From positions 1,184,001 through 1,248,000 of the forward strand of contig CAWDSK010000006.1 of NCBI GenBank assembly GCA_963804995.1: a stretch of DNA of 64,000 nt. The letters run 5' to 3'. The first letter of the stretch is position 1. Each line of letters opens with the position of its first letter. This document shows, piece after piece, positions 29,687-40,360 of the stretch. The notes under the pieces were generated by a model that worked only from the letters and a program-made list of their open reading frames with translations, made no database searches and was not told where the DNA came from. The stretch is from an uncultured Acidobacteriota bacterium. GTDB taxonomy: Bacteria > Acidobacteriota > Terriglobia > UBA7540. The position numbers and the translations under genes were made by a program.

Positions 29687-31282
29687 TCATACTTCTTCAC
29701 CTCCCCCTCCTGGCGCCGCCGGTTCCACCTTACTCTCCGGTTCCTGCGTGCCCGAAGGCCTATTTGATTCACATTCCTGGGAAGAAACGTCCGACTGGGA
29801 AGGCTCGGCCGGTGACGGGGCGCTCTCTAACTCCGCCTCTGACTCAGTTGCCGCAGCCTGCGCGGATGCAAGCTCCTCCTCTGCCGGAGCAGTCTCTGCC
29901 GGCACTTCTGCCTCTCCCGCTTCAGCGGTTTCAGAGGTCACAGTTTCCGCGGATTCTTGAGTGTCCGTCTCCTCCGCCGCCACTTCTGTTCCTTCCTCAG
30001 CGGAAGCCTCTTGGGACTGGTCGCGTTCAAAGTAGTCCGTCACGACGCGACGGATCCGGTCCACGGTCTTCTCTCCCACGCCTTGGATTTGCATCAAGTC
30101 TTCAGGAGTCATTTGCGCCAATTGCTCCACGCTCTCCAGGCCGTGGTCGCGCAGTTTCTGCAAGGTCTTATCGCCCAACCCCTTCAGTTCGGAGATGGGG
30201 GCCCCGCGCAAGGCCATGGCGGCCATCTGGGACTCGATCTCCTGCCGCTTCTCTTCCTCACTCTTGATGTCGATGTGCCACCCCAAGAGCTTGGCCGCCA
30301 GCCGCACGTTCTGGCCTTTCTTGCCGATGGCCAAAGACAACTGGGTGTCATCGACAATGACCTCGAGGTGCTTTTCCTGCATGTTGAGAACGGATACGTG
30401 ATTGATTTTCGCCGGGCTCAAGGCATTGGCGGCGAAAACCAGCGGGTCGTCGTTGTACTCGATGATGTCAATCTTCTCCCCGCGCAATTCCCGGATAATC
30501 GACTGCACGCGCATTCCCTTCATGCCCACGCACGCGCCCACGCAATCCACATCCGGGTCCTTGGAGTAGACAGCGACTTTGGTTCGCTCCCCGGCCTCTC
30601 GCGCCATGGCTTTGATGACCACCGTGCTATCGTAAATTTCGGGGACTTCCATCTCGAAGAGCTTTTGAACCAGCAGCGCGTCCGCACGAGAGACGACCAC
30701 CTGTGGCCCGCGGGCAGCGCGATCGACTTCCTTAATGACGGCGCGGATGCGGTCACCAATCTGATAAGTCTCCAGGCGCGATTGCTCCTTGCGGGGCATG
30801 CGCGCTTCCGTCCGGCCCAAATCTACGATGACGTCCGGCCCTTCCATGCGCTTCACGGTGCAGTTCACCAATTCGCCGACCCGCTGGTTATACTCCGCAT
30901 AGACCGTGTCGCGCTCGGCTTCCCGCACCTTTTGAAAAATCACCTGCTTGGCAGCCTGGGCGGCAATGCGACCCAGCACATCAGTGGCCTTGGGAATTCT
31001 CACCTCACCCTCGACCGCCACCTCCGCGTCGTACTTCCGAGCATCCTTCAGGCTGATTTCATGATCGGGGTCCTGCACGTCCTCGACGACCTTCTTCACC
31101 GCGTGAACCTCAACCAGGCCGGTGTCTTTGTTGAAGTGCGATTGCAGGTCTTCGGAAGTCTTGTAGTACTTCCGTGTGGCCACCAGGATGGCGTCCTCTA
31201 CCGCCGAGATGATAATCTGCGCATCGATACCCTTCTCGCGGCTCAACTGATCGATCGTCTGAAACAAAAGGCTTGTCGTCAC
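29687..31282 (-). CDS. nusA: Transcription termination factor NusA
   Basis: GRIAAQAAKQVI, AREAGERTK, GACVGMKG, SLAIGKKGQNVRLA; acidic tail. Confidence 0.96.
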   Translation of the reverse strand: MTTSLLFQTIDQLSREKGIDAQIIISAVEDAILVATRKYYKTSEDLQSHFNKDTGLVEVHAVKKVVEDVQDPDHEISLKDARKYDAEVAVEGEVRIPKATDVLGRIAAQAAKQVIFQKVREAERDTVYAEYNQRVGELVNCTVKRMEGPDVIVDLGRTEARMPRKEQSRLETYQIGDRIRAVIKEVDRAARGPQVVVSRADALLVQKLFEMEVPEIYDSTVVIKAMAREAGERTKVAVYSKDPDVDCVGACVGMKGMRVQSIIRELRGEKIDIIEYNDDPLVFAANALSPAKINHVSVLNMQEKHLEVIVDDTQLSLAIGKKGQNVRLAAKLLGWHIDIKSEEEKRQEIESQMAAMALRGAPISELKGLGDKTLQKLRDHGLESVEQLAQMTPEDLMQIQGVGEKTVDRIRRVVTDYFERDQSQEASAEEGTEVAAEETDTQESAETVTSETAEAGEAEVPAETAPAEEELASAQAAATESEAELESAPSPAEPSQSDVSSQECESNRPSGTQEPESKVEPAAPGGGGEEV

Positions 31283-31414
31283 TAGCTTGTCACCTCAGTA
31301 ATACTTCCCGATACCGGCAACCAGATTCAGCGACCCGATCACGGAGGATTGGAGCGGGGTAATGGCTGCCTCTGGCCCCCAAACCCTGGCCCAGGATCCC
31401 CAGCGCAGTTGCGG

Positions 31415-31870
31415 TTAGAACTCCACCACCAACTGGGCTTTCTGGATGTTCGTGAGATCAAGTTCCCGGAGACCACGTTCACCCAGGTCCAATCGAACCC
31501 GGCCGTTATCAAAACCTGCCAATCGCCCCTCAAAAACCTTCTGCTCGTCAACCGCTTCCCGCACCACCAGGCGCGCCCGCCGCCCGACGAAATGAGTGAA
31601 GTCGCTCGGCTTGGAAAGCTTCCTGTCCAGGCCCGGAGATGAAACCTCCAGCAGGTACCTCCCCGGGAAGGGGTCCTCCACGTCCAGGATTGCACTCAAC
31701 TGTTCACTCACCAATTGGCAATCAGCGTGTGAAACCCCCTCAGGTTTATCGATATAAACTCGCAGGAGGGGATTTGAGCGGCCCCCTTTGAGCTCCACAT
31801 CTACAACGGTCAATCCTTCGGAAGTCGCCACACGCTCAACCATCTCCCGGATTTTGTCCACATCCACCAT
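31415..31870 (-). CDS. rimP: Ribosome maturation factor RimP
   Basis: LRVYIDK..GVSHADC, YLLEVSSPGLDR. Confidence 0.95.
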   Translation of the reverse strand: MVDVDKIREMVERVATSEGLTVVDVELKGGRSNPLLRVYIDKPEGVSHADCQLVSEQLSAILDVEDPFPGRYLLEVSSPGLDRKLSKPSDFTHFVGRRARLVVREAVDEQKVFEGRLAGFDNGRVRLDLGERGLRELDLTNIQKAQLVVEF

Positions 31871-31944
31871 TGGTCCTGGCGCCTACGCACTCCCGTCCGC
31901 TGGCGAGTCTGCGACGAGGCGGACCCGACCGATTCCGGCCTAAC

Positions 31945-32016
31945 AAAAAAGTGGGCTTTCGCCCACTATGTGCGTTCGCCAAGTAAAGTATAGCCCTTGC
32001 CAGCCGGGAATTGCAA
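31945..32016 (-). promoter_or_regulatory. rimP operon promoter and leader hairpin (terminator/attenuator-like)
   Basis: Minus strand TTGCAA-N18-TATACT, followed by AGTGGGC-GAAA-GCCCACT and a T tract. Confidence 0.7.
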
Positions 32017-32449
32017 GGTATTCGCGGCCGCAGCCTTCCTTGCTGCTCCGAGGATGGTCTCCTCTGATCCTCTTGCGACAGGGTGAGGAGCGCCATCCAG
32101 TGTTCCGTCAAAGTCCAATGGGATTGAATAAGCCCCCCACCTGCCTCCCTTCGCGGCTCGGTGCCACCGCACAGACCTTTCATGTTATATTAAAGATTCG
32201 TACGCAGACTGGTAATGCAGACGCCAAGCGATGCCCCTTGGTCGTCAGGGCAAGGGACCACCGAAAACTTTCAACCAACTTGTAATGCCAACCGAGGGTT
32301 CTTTCTTCGGATCGCTTGGGTCCCGGAAGACCGTATAAGCGCTGGACGGAGGGCAGCGACAACACGCATAATGCACTCGCTGCGACCCCACGACAATTCT
32401 CGAACCTAATACCTCGAGCAGATACTACAATCCTGAAGGAGTCAAAGTC

Positions 32450-33175
32450 TTGACCGAAAAAAAGCAAGCCGAAGCGGCAAGCGGCGATGACCGCCGACAG
32501 TATGTGAATTTTGGTTTTCATCGTGTCGATCCAGTCTGGCGGCGGCAACCCGCCGAAGACCGCAAGCGCGGCAAATGCCAATTTATCGATGTGGTCAAAA
32601 GCTACGAACAGGATGTGATGGTGATCCCTTACTCCCTGGTGGGAGTGCGAGGCGACTGTGACTTCATGCTGTGGCGCATCGGGTATGACCTGCTGAAATT
32701 TCAGGAGATGATGGCGAAGCTGCTCGAAACCGATCTGGGGAAATACCTGACCACGCCCTATTCGTATCTCTCCATGACCAAACGCTCCGTCTACGTAGAC
32801 AAGCACCAACACCCTGGACAGGAAGGCGTGCGGCTAAAGTTGATCCCCGGCCAGTTCCGGTACCTCTTCGTTTACCCCTTCGTCAAAAGCAAGGCCTGGT
32901 ACCGCCTGACCAAGCACGCGCGCCAAGGCATGATGGACGAGCACATTGAAATCGGCCATCGCTACCCCACCGTGCGGTTGAACACCACTTACTCCTTTGG
33001 CCTCGACGACCAGGAATTCGTTGTGGCGTTTGAAAGCGACAAACCTGAGCACTTTGTCGACCTGGTTATGGAACTTCGACACAGCGAGGCAACCAGCTAC
33101 ACCGTCCGCGACACCCCCACGTTTACATGTGTGCACCGTGAATTGAATGAAGTTCTGGATTTGCTCGGGGGCTGA
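32450..33175 (+). CDS. Chlorite dismutase family protein (HemQ/ChdC-like)
   Basis: YLFVYPFVK..WY, RQGMMDEHIEIG, YSFGLDDQEFVV; AAGGAG RBS. Confidence 0.85.
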   Translation: MTEKKQAEAASGDDRRQYVNFGFHRVDPVWRRQPAEDRKRGKCQFIDVVKSYEQDVMVIPYSLVGVRGDCDFMLWRIGYDLLKFQEMMAKLLETDLGKYLTTPYSYLSMTKRSVYVDKHQHPGQEGVRLKLIPGQFRYLFVYPFVKSKAWYRLTKHARQGMMDEHIEIGHRYPTVRLNTTYSFGLDDQEFVVAFESDKPEHFVDLVMELRHSEATSYTVRDTPTFTCVHRELNEVLDLLGG

Positions 33176-33317
33176 GTTTCGGGAAACGGGACGCGGGATA
33201 TGGGGTTAGGACAAGTTGCTAACTCCTCTAGTCCCGTGGTCTGAAACCAAGTCCTACTGAAAATTGAACCCGAAGTCCAAATTCTAAACCGGTATCCCGT
33301 GTCCAGAGCGAATCGCC

Positions 33318-34013
33318 ATGCCCACCAAAACCAAACCTGCCAGGCAAACTTCGAAGGTCAAACCAAAAATCGATTACACCTCGCCCGCCCGCATGCAGAA
33401 GATCTTCGCAGGACTTGACGCGCTCTTCCCGCATGCCCAGTGCGCGCTGCGGCACGAAAACGCATTCCAGCTTCTCGTCGCAACGATCCTCTCCGCACAG
33501 TGTACCGATGAGCGGGTAAATAAGGTCACGCCGGAGCTTTTCCGCAAGCATCCCACCCCCCAGGATTTGGCGGTGTTGCCGCAACCTGAACTCGAAGCTG
33601 AGATCCGCTCCACCGGTTTCTTTCGCAACAAAGCAAAAAGCATTATTGGGGCGGCCGCGAAGATCATGAAGGATTTCGGTGGCAAGGTTCCAAGGACCAT
33701 GGATGAACTGCTCACCCTGCCCGGCGTGGCACGGAAAACCGCCAACGTAGTGCTCGGAACCGCTTTTGGCATCGCCAGCGGCGTAGTGGTGGATACTCAC
33801 GTCTTCCGGATCGCGCACCGCCTGAAGCTTTCCAATCAAAAAACGCCCGAAAAGGTGGAGCAGGACCTGATGACACTGGTACCGCAGAACCGTTGGATTT
33901 CGTTCAGTCACCAGGTTATCTGGTTTGGAAGGAAAATCTGCGAGGCGCGCAAACCCCTTTGCGCCGAATGCCCCCTAGCTTCCGTCTGCAACTCTCCGGA
34001 CAAGACCATTTGA
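33318..34013 (+). CDS. nth: Endonuclease III
   Basis: ILSAQCTD, LPGVARKTANVV, VDTH, CEARKPLCAECPLASVC. Confidence 0.95.
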   Translation: MPTKTKPARQTSKVKPKIDYTSPARMQKIFAGLDALFPHAQCALRHENAFQLLVATILSAQCTDERVNKVTPELFRKHPTPQDLAVLPQPELEAEIRSTGFFRNKAKSIIGAAAKIMKDFGGKVPRTMDELLTLPGVARKTANVVLGTAFGIASGVVVDTHVFRIAHRLKLSNQKTPEKVEQDLMTLVPQNRWISFSHQVIWFGRKICEARKPLCAECPLASVCNSPDKTI

Positions 34014-34028
34014 AAACTGGAGCGCCGG

Positions 34029-35522
34029 TCACTTGAGCTCAGGGCTCCACTGCAGGGTGGTTATTGAGAGGGGCCGCAAATCGACGCGCAAGTCACGGTC
34101 ACGCCAGCCCAGATGGATGGTGGCGGGAACATGTTGGCTGTTCAGCACCTCGGCCACCAGCCGGCCCTCGGGGGTCTTGAAGGCGATGACCCTCACGTGC
34201 TCGTTCGCGCCCTGGGTATCAACCCGCACCGAGCCAGGCCGCACGAACTTGCTGAAATGCGCCAGGTAGCAGTAAAGGCCCGTGTAAGTGACTTGTTGCT
34301 TTTTGCGATCGATGATGACCACGGGATGCTGGATATTTTCCGGGTTGTCCTCGTGCGCCTCGGACACCAGCCACGGTCCTCCGTTCTGGTCCAGGATCAT
34401 GTTCCAGTAGATCCAAGCGGAAGAACCCTCTTCGAGGTCGGTCACGATCAAATTCCCCCAGAAATCCCCATCCAGGAAATCATAGCGGGGCAAGGGCATG
34501 CTGGGCGGCTGACCCGACCCGTACGAGTAACAGACCTCCGTCTGCCAGATCTTGAGGTCGGGATAGCGCTTGTGCAGGCTCGTCATGGGCTCCGAACTCT
34601 TCCACCGGTAGCCATGAAACGGGAGCAGGGGGACATACTTGCGCGCTTCGGGGTCGTCTAGAATCATCGGGTAATTCTTGGCGGCGCTCTCACGGTCTTC
34701 GGCCTCGGCAAAACAGACTTTGGTCTTTACCCCCGCCTCCTGAAACAGTGGAGCCACGTGTTCCTTGTACAGAGTGCGGATGGACTCATAAGGAATCTTG
34801 GTGTAAATCCCCGGCTCGTTAAACAAGCTCAGGTAATCGATAAAGACTCCGTGCTTTTGGTATTCCTGGAGGTAGCGCAAGTAGTATTGGGCGAGCACTT
34901 TGTAATACTGGGGATTAACGTCCTGGTGCGCCCGGTCCTCGACCGTCGTGAGCATCCAATCCGGCGGATAATCCATGGGGGCTTCCAATTGAAACTGGCC
35001 ATACTTGCGAGCGCGCTTGATGTAGGTAATGAGTCCGTTCGGCCCAAGATCCCGCTGGATTGAAAAGTGTGTGAGCTCTGTGTCTCCGGGCGTGTCGTCG
35101 TAAGAATAGAACGGTCCCGCCGACATGAAATCGGTCGCGGCAATCGCCGTCTTCATCGTCGTGAATCCGGCACCCGTTTTCGGGTCGAACAGGGAGCGCA
35201 GAACTTCTTCCTGCTTCGCAGGCGGAAGGCTGTTCAAGCAGACCAACCCCGCTTCCATGAACGATGCCCCAAAGCCGTCGATCTCCTGGTACGTGATACG
35301 GTCGTCAATTTGAAACGTGGAGGGGGACGTCGGCTTGCCCGGCTCAAAACGCAGCGAGGCTTTCGGAGCCAACCGGTCACCCGCCTTCGAGGAGGCGTAA
35401 ACCTGCACTTGTTGAGCACGGCACGGGGTGAGACCCGCCAGCGCCAGGAAAATTGCGGCGAGCAGGGGGGTAATCCGGCCATTCGAATCTTTCTCTCGGA
35501 CCATTTTGGAGGTAGCACGCAT
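34029..35522 (-). CDS. Glycoside hydrolase family 30
   Basis: YQEIDGFGASF, FNEP, WQTE, IYWNMILD..GGP, HFSKFVRPGS; signal peptide. Confidence 0.88.
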   Translation of the reverse strand: MRATSKMVREKDSNGRITPLLAAIFLALAGLTPCRAQQVQVYASSKAGDRLAPKASLRFEPGKPTSPSTFQIDDRITYQEIDGFGASFMEAGLVCLNSLPPAKQEEVLRSLFDPKTGAGFTTMKTAIAATDFMSAGPFYSYDDTPGDTELTHFSIQRDLGPNGLITYIKRARKYGQFQLEAPMDYPPDWMLTTVEDRAHQDVNPQYYKVLAQYYLRYLQEYQKHGVFIDYLSLFNEPGIYTKIPYESIRTLYKEHVAPLFQEAGVKTKVCFAEAEDRESAAKNYPMILDDPEARKYVPLLPFHGYRWKSSEPMTSLHKRYPDLKIWQTEVCYSYGSGQPPSMPLPRYDFLDGDFWGNLIVTDLEEGSSAWIYWNMILDQNGGPWLVSEAHEDNPENIQHPVVIIDRKKQQVTYTGLYCYLAHFSKFVRPGSVRVDTQGANEHVRVIAFKTPEGRLVAEVLNSQHVPATIHLGWRDRDLRVDLRPLSITTLQWSPELK

Positions 35523-35630
35523 CGCGGACCTGGGGAGAGTGGGAGTAAGGGGAGAGCAGGCCTGCCAGCAGGAGGCCGGGTTGAGATCATCAACCCGGCT
35601 CCCAACGCAGCAAGCTTGCGCAACACCGTC

Positions 35631-36923
35631 TTACAGGAGAGCGGTCAGCACCTTCTGGAAGGCATGGATGACGTCGTCCTCATCCCGCTTAGTCAGACAG
35701 GACGGGACAGGAATCAGAATGGTGCGCTCGAACAAGCTATCCGCCGTCGGGCACGCACCCTTGGCGTAATTCCTTGGCAAGCCGGCATTCTCCGCAAGCT
35801 TCCAAGGAAAGCCATGGCCGTCAATGCTGGCCTGGGTCAACAAGCTGACATTATTGTAATACAGGTGTAGACCCCAACTGGTCATAACAACATCGGAAAT
35901 ACCTTGGGGATAGGTCACAATTCCCTCGGCACGCAGGGCAAGATTGACGCGCTGGGCCGTGTCCGCATCTTTGTAAGTCGTCAGCAGGAAGCACGACGTG
36001 TCACCCTTGGGGTCCAGAATGCGCCGTAACTGGACCTGTGGAAACTTGGCCAGGGCCTTGCGAACCCGGTACTTGCTCCGCTGCATGCTCTTGACAACCG
36101 TCGAAAGCTTTTTCAACTGCACCCGCAGGATCGCGGCACGCAGTTCGTCCAGCCGATAGCCCCGGCCCCACAGAACCAAATCGGGATCGTCAACAATCAG
36201 CCGGCCGTTCTCGTCCCGGGCGTAACCCAGATCATGAGAGGCGAAGGCTCGTCGATAGAGGCGCAGGTCATTCGTCACCACACAACCGCCCTCACCCGCC
36301 GTCATATTCTTGTTCATCTGGAAACTGAAGATTCCCATGTCGCCAAAGGTGCCGACCTTCTTGCCGTTGATGCTCCCGCCGTTGCACTGGGCGCAGTCTT
36401 CCAGCAGAAACAATCCATGGGCGCGGGCAATCTTTTGGATTGCAGGGGCGTTACCCGGTGCTCCGCTCATGTGGACCAGAACGATGCCACGTGTCTTGGG
36501 AGTAATTTTCTTTTCGACATCCGCAGGGTCCAGGCAAAAGGTGTCATCGATATCAGCCAGCACGGGGATGGCGCCCTGATTCACTATGGCTGCCAGCACC
36601 GCAACCCACATATAAGCCGGCACAATCACTTCCTGGCCGGGTCCAATGCCGAGCGCGGAAAGAGCGACGTGCAACGCACCCGTGCCGCTGCTGACCGCCA
36701 AGGCATACTTGGTACCTACGACTTTGGCAAACTCTGCTTCGAGCTTATCCACTTCTTTCTGCAACTTGATGCCATAAAAACGGAAGGGAGATCGGGCCTT
36801 GAGCAGGCGCAATCCTGCCTGCACCTCCTTGTTATCCATATGATGGATGCCAGGAAATTCCAACGGCAGGGGCTTGGTCCGAACCGGCTTCCCCCCGTCA
36901 ATTGCAAGCTTCTCAGTCTTCAT
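35631..36923 (-). CDS. DegT/DnrJ/EryC1/StrS aminotransferase
   Basis: LAIDGGKPV, SSGTGALH, LLEDCAQ, FSFQMNKNMTAGEGG. Confidence 0.9.
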   Translation of the reverse strand: MKTEKLAIDGGKPVRTKPLPLEFPGIHHMDNKEVQAGLRLLKARSPFRFYGIKLQKEVDKLEAEFAKVVGTKYALAVSSGTGALHVALSALGIGPGQEVIVPAYMWVAVLAAIVNQGAIPVLADIDDTFCLDPADVEKKITPKTRGIVLVHMSGAPGNAPAIQKIARAHGLFLLEDCAQCNGGSINGKKVGTFGDMGIFSFQMNKNMTAGEGGCVVTNDLRLYRRAFASHDLGYARDENGRLIVDDPDLVLWGRGYRLDELRAAILRVQLKKLSTVVKSMQRSKYRVRKALAKFPQVQLRRILDPKGDTSCFLLTTYKDADTAQRVNLALRAEGIVTYPQGISDVVMTSWGLHLYYNNVSLLTQASIDGHGFPWKLAENAGLPRNYAKGACPTADSLFERTILIPVPSCLTKRDEDDVIHAFQKVLTALL

Positions 36924-37271
36924 AAGCGCACCTCATTGAATTTAAAAGTCAAGATTCCACAACCTTCGCTACTAAAACTGGCTACGAGTGAACCTCACGG
37001 GTTTGCAGCATTCCTCCGGCTAAACAACTGGCCGTGCCAGGCGCACCCTTCGCTCGGACTCGAGATACCTCCAGAGAAACCATCCAGAAGGAGGTAAAAC
37101 CAAGCGCACAACTGTAACACCTGTTTTCATGTCGCGCCAGAGGGTTGATGGGGAAGAAATCAGGGCAGTGCTAAGAAGGCACGAATCTCCTGCCGACCTT
37201 TTTTAGGCGAAAGGCACCTAATGTGGGGACTGAAACTCCCCATGCGGAGAACTGGCGGGAACTTCTTCAGC

Positions 37272-38231
37272 TTAGCCAGACAAACCGTGATTTGCCATTT
37301 CTCGGCTGAGTTCCGGCGGCAGGAGGAAGGTCACCTTCTCTTCCACGGCCGCGACCTCTTCCACCTGTTCCACCCCCATCATCCTGAAATACTCCAGAAC
37401 TTGTTGGACGAGGTATTCAGGGGCGGATGCGCCCGCGGTGATGGCTACGCACTCGATGCCCTCAAGCCAAGCGGGATTAATCTCTGAGGCATCCTCAATC
37501 AGGTAGGCCTTAGCCCCAGCGCCCTCGGCAACCTCTCGCAGGCGGCGGGAGTTGGAACTGTTGTCCGAACCGAGCACCAGCACCAGGCCCGCTTCCTCGG
37601 CCAAGACCTTGACCGCGGTTTGACGGTTTTGCGTGGCGTAACAAATGTCGTCGCTGGCAGGGGTAATCAACTTTGGGAAGCGCCGCCGCAGGACCTCAAT
37701 AATCAGGTTGGCGTCGTCCACTCCCAGGGTAGTCTGAGTGGTTACCGCCACACGCTCCGGGTCCGGAACCTGTATCTTCTCCGCTTCCTCAACGGTCCCC
37801 ACAAGTTGAATCTGGCCCGGAACCTCCCCCATCGTCCCGATCACTTCGTCGTGACCTGCATGCCCGACCAGGATGATAGTGCACCCTTCCCGGGCATAGC
37901 GAACCGCCTCCAGGTGAACCTTCGTAACCAGCGGGCAAGTAGCATCGATAACTCTTAGGTTCTTTGCAGCCGCCCGGGCTCGGACCTCCGGCGAGACACC
38001 ATGAGCGCTAAAGATGGCCACCGCCCCGGCGGGAATCCCCTCAAGCTCATCCACAAAGATTGCGCCCTTGGCTGCGAGGGAGCGGATGACATGTTTGTTG
38101 TGAACAATTTCTTTGCGGACATACACCGGAGCGCCATAAAGTTGCAAGGTCATGTTCACCACGTCGATGGCACGGTCGACGCCAGCACAGAATCCCCGAG
38201 GTTTCGCTAACAGGACCTTCTTCAATGGCAT
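37272..38231 (-). CDS. ispH: 4-hydroxy-3-methylbut-2-enyl diphosphate reductase
   Basis: PRGFCAGV, SAHGV, DATCPLVTKVH, ICYATQNRQ, NSSNS, TAGASAP. Confidence 0.96.
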   Translation of the reverse strand: MPLKKVLLAKPRGFCAGVDRAIDVVNMTLQLYGAPVYVRKEIVHNKHVIRSLAAKGAIFVDELEGIPAGAVAIFSAHGVSPEVRARAAAKNLRVIDATCPLVTKVHLEAVRYAREGCTIILVGHAGHDEVIGTMGEVPGQIQLVGTVEEAEKIQVPDPERVAVTTQTTLGVDDANLIIEVLRRRFPKLITPASDDICYATQNRQTAVKVLAEEAGLVLVLGSDNSSNSRRLREVAEGAGAKAYLIEDASEINPAWLEGIECVAITAGASAPEYLVQQVLEYFRMMGVEQVEEVAAVEEKVTFLLPPELSREMANHGLSG

Positions 38232-38410
38232 GTTATTCGCTCAGCTTGGCCCTAATTCAAGCGCGGCAATTGACTTGAAATTTGATTCTATAGGAATCGT
38301 GGAGATTCGTCAAAATCGCTTACCATCAACGTCGCGGGGCCACGCGTCCTCGTCGTAGCCAAGGATTAAGTTTAGACAGGGATTTCCAAAACCATGGGCG
38401 GGAGGGAACA

Positions 38411-39220
38411 TCACGTCACGATATCTTCGCCACCATCCACGCGGATAACATTGCCCGTCACCCAATGCGTCTTCTCGCTCATCAAAGCCGCGATGGCGCT
38501 GGCGACGTCCTCCGGTGTGGTCAGCCGCCCCCCGGGATTGCGCAGGCGCGCGAATTCCGTCAGCTTTTCGATCCCTGGAATCTTGCTGGAACCGGGGGTA
38601 ATGGTAACGCCGGCCTGAATCGCGTTGGCAGTGATTCCATGGGGCATGAGTTCATACGCGAGCTGGCGGATGTGCGATTCCATGACCGCCTTGGCGGCTG
38701 AGACCGCGCCGTAATTGGGAATCACGCTGTGCCCGCCCGCGCTGGTCATGGCATAAATGCGGCTGCCGTGGCCCAGCATTTTTCGGCGGAACAAATCCTG
38801 CACCCAGTAAACCAGGTTATTGCCCATCACGTCCACGGTCATGTCCATCTGTTGCTGGGTCAGTTCTTCGTCGAGCGTCTCCGCCAAATAGGCCTTCAGG
38901 GAGCCGAACGCAACTGAATGCATAAAGACTTTGACGAAGTGGCGGCCTCCGGTTTTCTTCCAATGCTCCTGCATCTGGTTCAACGCCTCAGCGCGCTTGG
39001 CCGGGTCGGCGGCGTTGAGGTTGAAGAACAGAGCCTCACGTCCGGTTTCGCGAATCCGCGCCACAACCTGCTCCACCTGAGGCATATTCGAGCGGCGATC
39101 AAAATGCACGCCAAAGATGTGCAGCCCGGAGCGTGCCAACTCCAGGCACGCAGCGGCGCCAAACCCGCTTGACGAACCAACAATCACGCCCCAGGGGTTG
39201 GGGCCCGTAGTTTCGGTCAT
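38411..39220 (-). CDS. SDR oxidoreductase (FabL-like enoyl-ACP reductase)
   Basis: GSSSGFG, YGAVSAAK, VTGNVIRVDGG. Confidence 0.8.
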   Translation of the reverse strand: MTETTGPNPWGVIVGSSSGFGAAACLELARSGLHIFGVHFDRRSNMPQVEQVVARIRETGREALFFNLNAADPAKRAEALNQMQEHWKKTGGRHFVKVFMHSVAFGSLKAYLAETLDEELTQQQMDMTVDVMGNNLVYWVQDLFRRKMLGHGSRIYAMTSAGGHSVIPNYGAVSAAKAVMESHIRQLAYELMPHGITANAIQAGVTITPGSSKIPGIEKLTEFARLRNPGGRLTTPEDVASAIAALMSEKTHWVTGNVIRVDGGEDIVT

Positions 39221-39237
39221 ATTCCGATATTCTCCGC

Positions 39238-39876
39238 TCAGTGGGTTTGCCCGGGACTGGCCTTGTAATCCTGTTCGACTTGCGCGATGAGGCCAGGGAT
39301 CATCTCGCGCAGCAGTTGGGTACAAGAAGCATTCATGGTACTGGCCACGCCCTCCACACCACCACCCTGAAGCGGCGCTTCCACGCGTTGTTCGCTTGAC
39401 CAGACCACCTTGTGATCCGCCATGCGCATCAGCGACAACTCCAAAGCCACACGTGCCTTGGCGCCCCCCTCGTCCACTTCCTCAAAGTTGAGGATTCTTC
39501 CCGCCAGCGTGTAATCCACTCGCTGGTGGGTGGGAAGCAGGCGGACCTGGGCGAAAGCGCCGGCGGAGTCCAGCCATTGGGCGGTAAACTCGGATAGCAT
39601 CGTCGCCGGGTCTGCGCCCCAACGGTGGTATTGATAAAAGTTCACCTGGGTTGGCGATTGGTAATAGGCCACGCGGTCGTCGCGAAGCACTTGGGGTGAG
39701 CGGAAGTGCTCCACTCCCAGGACATAGTCTGTCTTGGGATCGCTTGGGGAGGGCGCGGCCGGGACTTGCAAAGTATAGTAGTGGGTCTTGGGGACACTAC
39801 CGCATCCTGCCGAGAGAATAATCGACAGGAGCCCCAAGACTCCTCCCAGGCCCACCTTGAGACTAAGCTTCCACAC
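39238..39876 (-). CDS. PqiC-like ABC transport auxiliary lipoprotein
   Basis: Lipobox LSAGC, THYYTL, YQYHRWGADP; start approximate. Confidence 0.75.
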   Translation of the reverse strand: MWKLSLKVGLGGVLGLLSIILSAGCGSVPKTHYYTLQVPAAPSPSDPKTDYVLGVEHFRSPQVLRDDRVAYYQSPTQVNFYQYHRWGADPATMLSEFTAQWLDSAGAFAQVRLLPTHQRVDYTLAGRILNFEEVDEGGAKARVALELSLMRMADHKVVWSSEQRVEAPLQGGGVEGVASTMNASCTQLLREMIPGLIAQVEQDYKASPGQTH

Positions 39877-40360
39877 GTTCGAAGAGGATTCGACGGTCGT
39901 CACGTCCACAATGCTCCATTTGGATTCTAACGCAAGGTATGGGGATATTATCTCCGAGCTTCTCGCCCCATTCAACAAAAACCGTAGTTACCTGACCAAC
40001 TAATTCTTCCAAGCCCAGACTGGCCAGGTCGCGCGACCCTTCAATTCGGTATAAGTCCGCGTGATACACTTTCGAGTCCGTGCCGTATTCATGCACCAAG
40101 GTGAAGGAAGGACTGGTAACCGCGTCTTCTTCCGCCGCGCCTAAGCCTGCCACGAGCCCCTTCACAAGGGTAGTCTTACCAGCTCCCAGCTCTCCCTCCA
40201 ACAGTACCAGACAGGGCGGCCGCACGAGGACCGCCAGTTCGCGGCCCAGGGCCACAGTTTCCTCAGCGGAGTGCGTGACGCGCTCAGCAAGCCTGGTCAC
40301 CATGCCGCGGGAATCCCCTGCACCACTCTCCGGCACAGATCTTTCATAACTCCCAGTCAC
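39863..40360 (-). CDS. tsaE: t6A biosynthesis ATPase TsaE
   Basis: LEGELGAGKTT, VTSPSFTLVHEY, HADLYRI, VEWG; follows nnr. Confidence 0.93.
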   Translation of the reverse strand: MTGSYERSVPESGAGDSRGMVTRLAERVTHSAEETVALGRELAVLVRPPCLVLLEGELGAGKTTLVKGLVAGLGAAEEDAVTSPSFTLVHEYGTDSKVYHADLYRIEGSRDLASLGLEELVGQVTTVFVEWGEKLGDNIPIPCVRIQMEHCGRDDRRILFERVEA

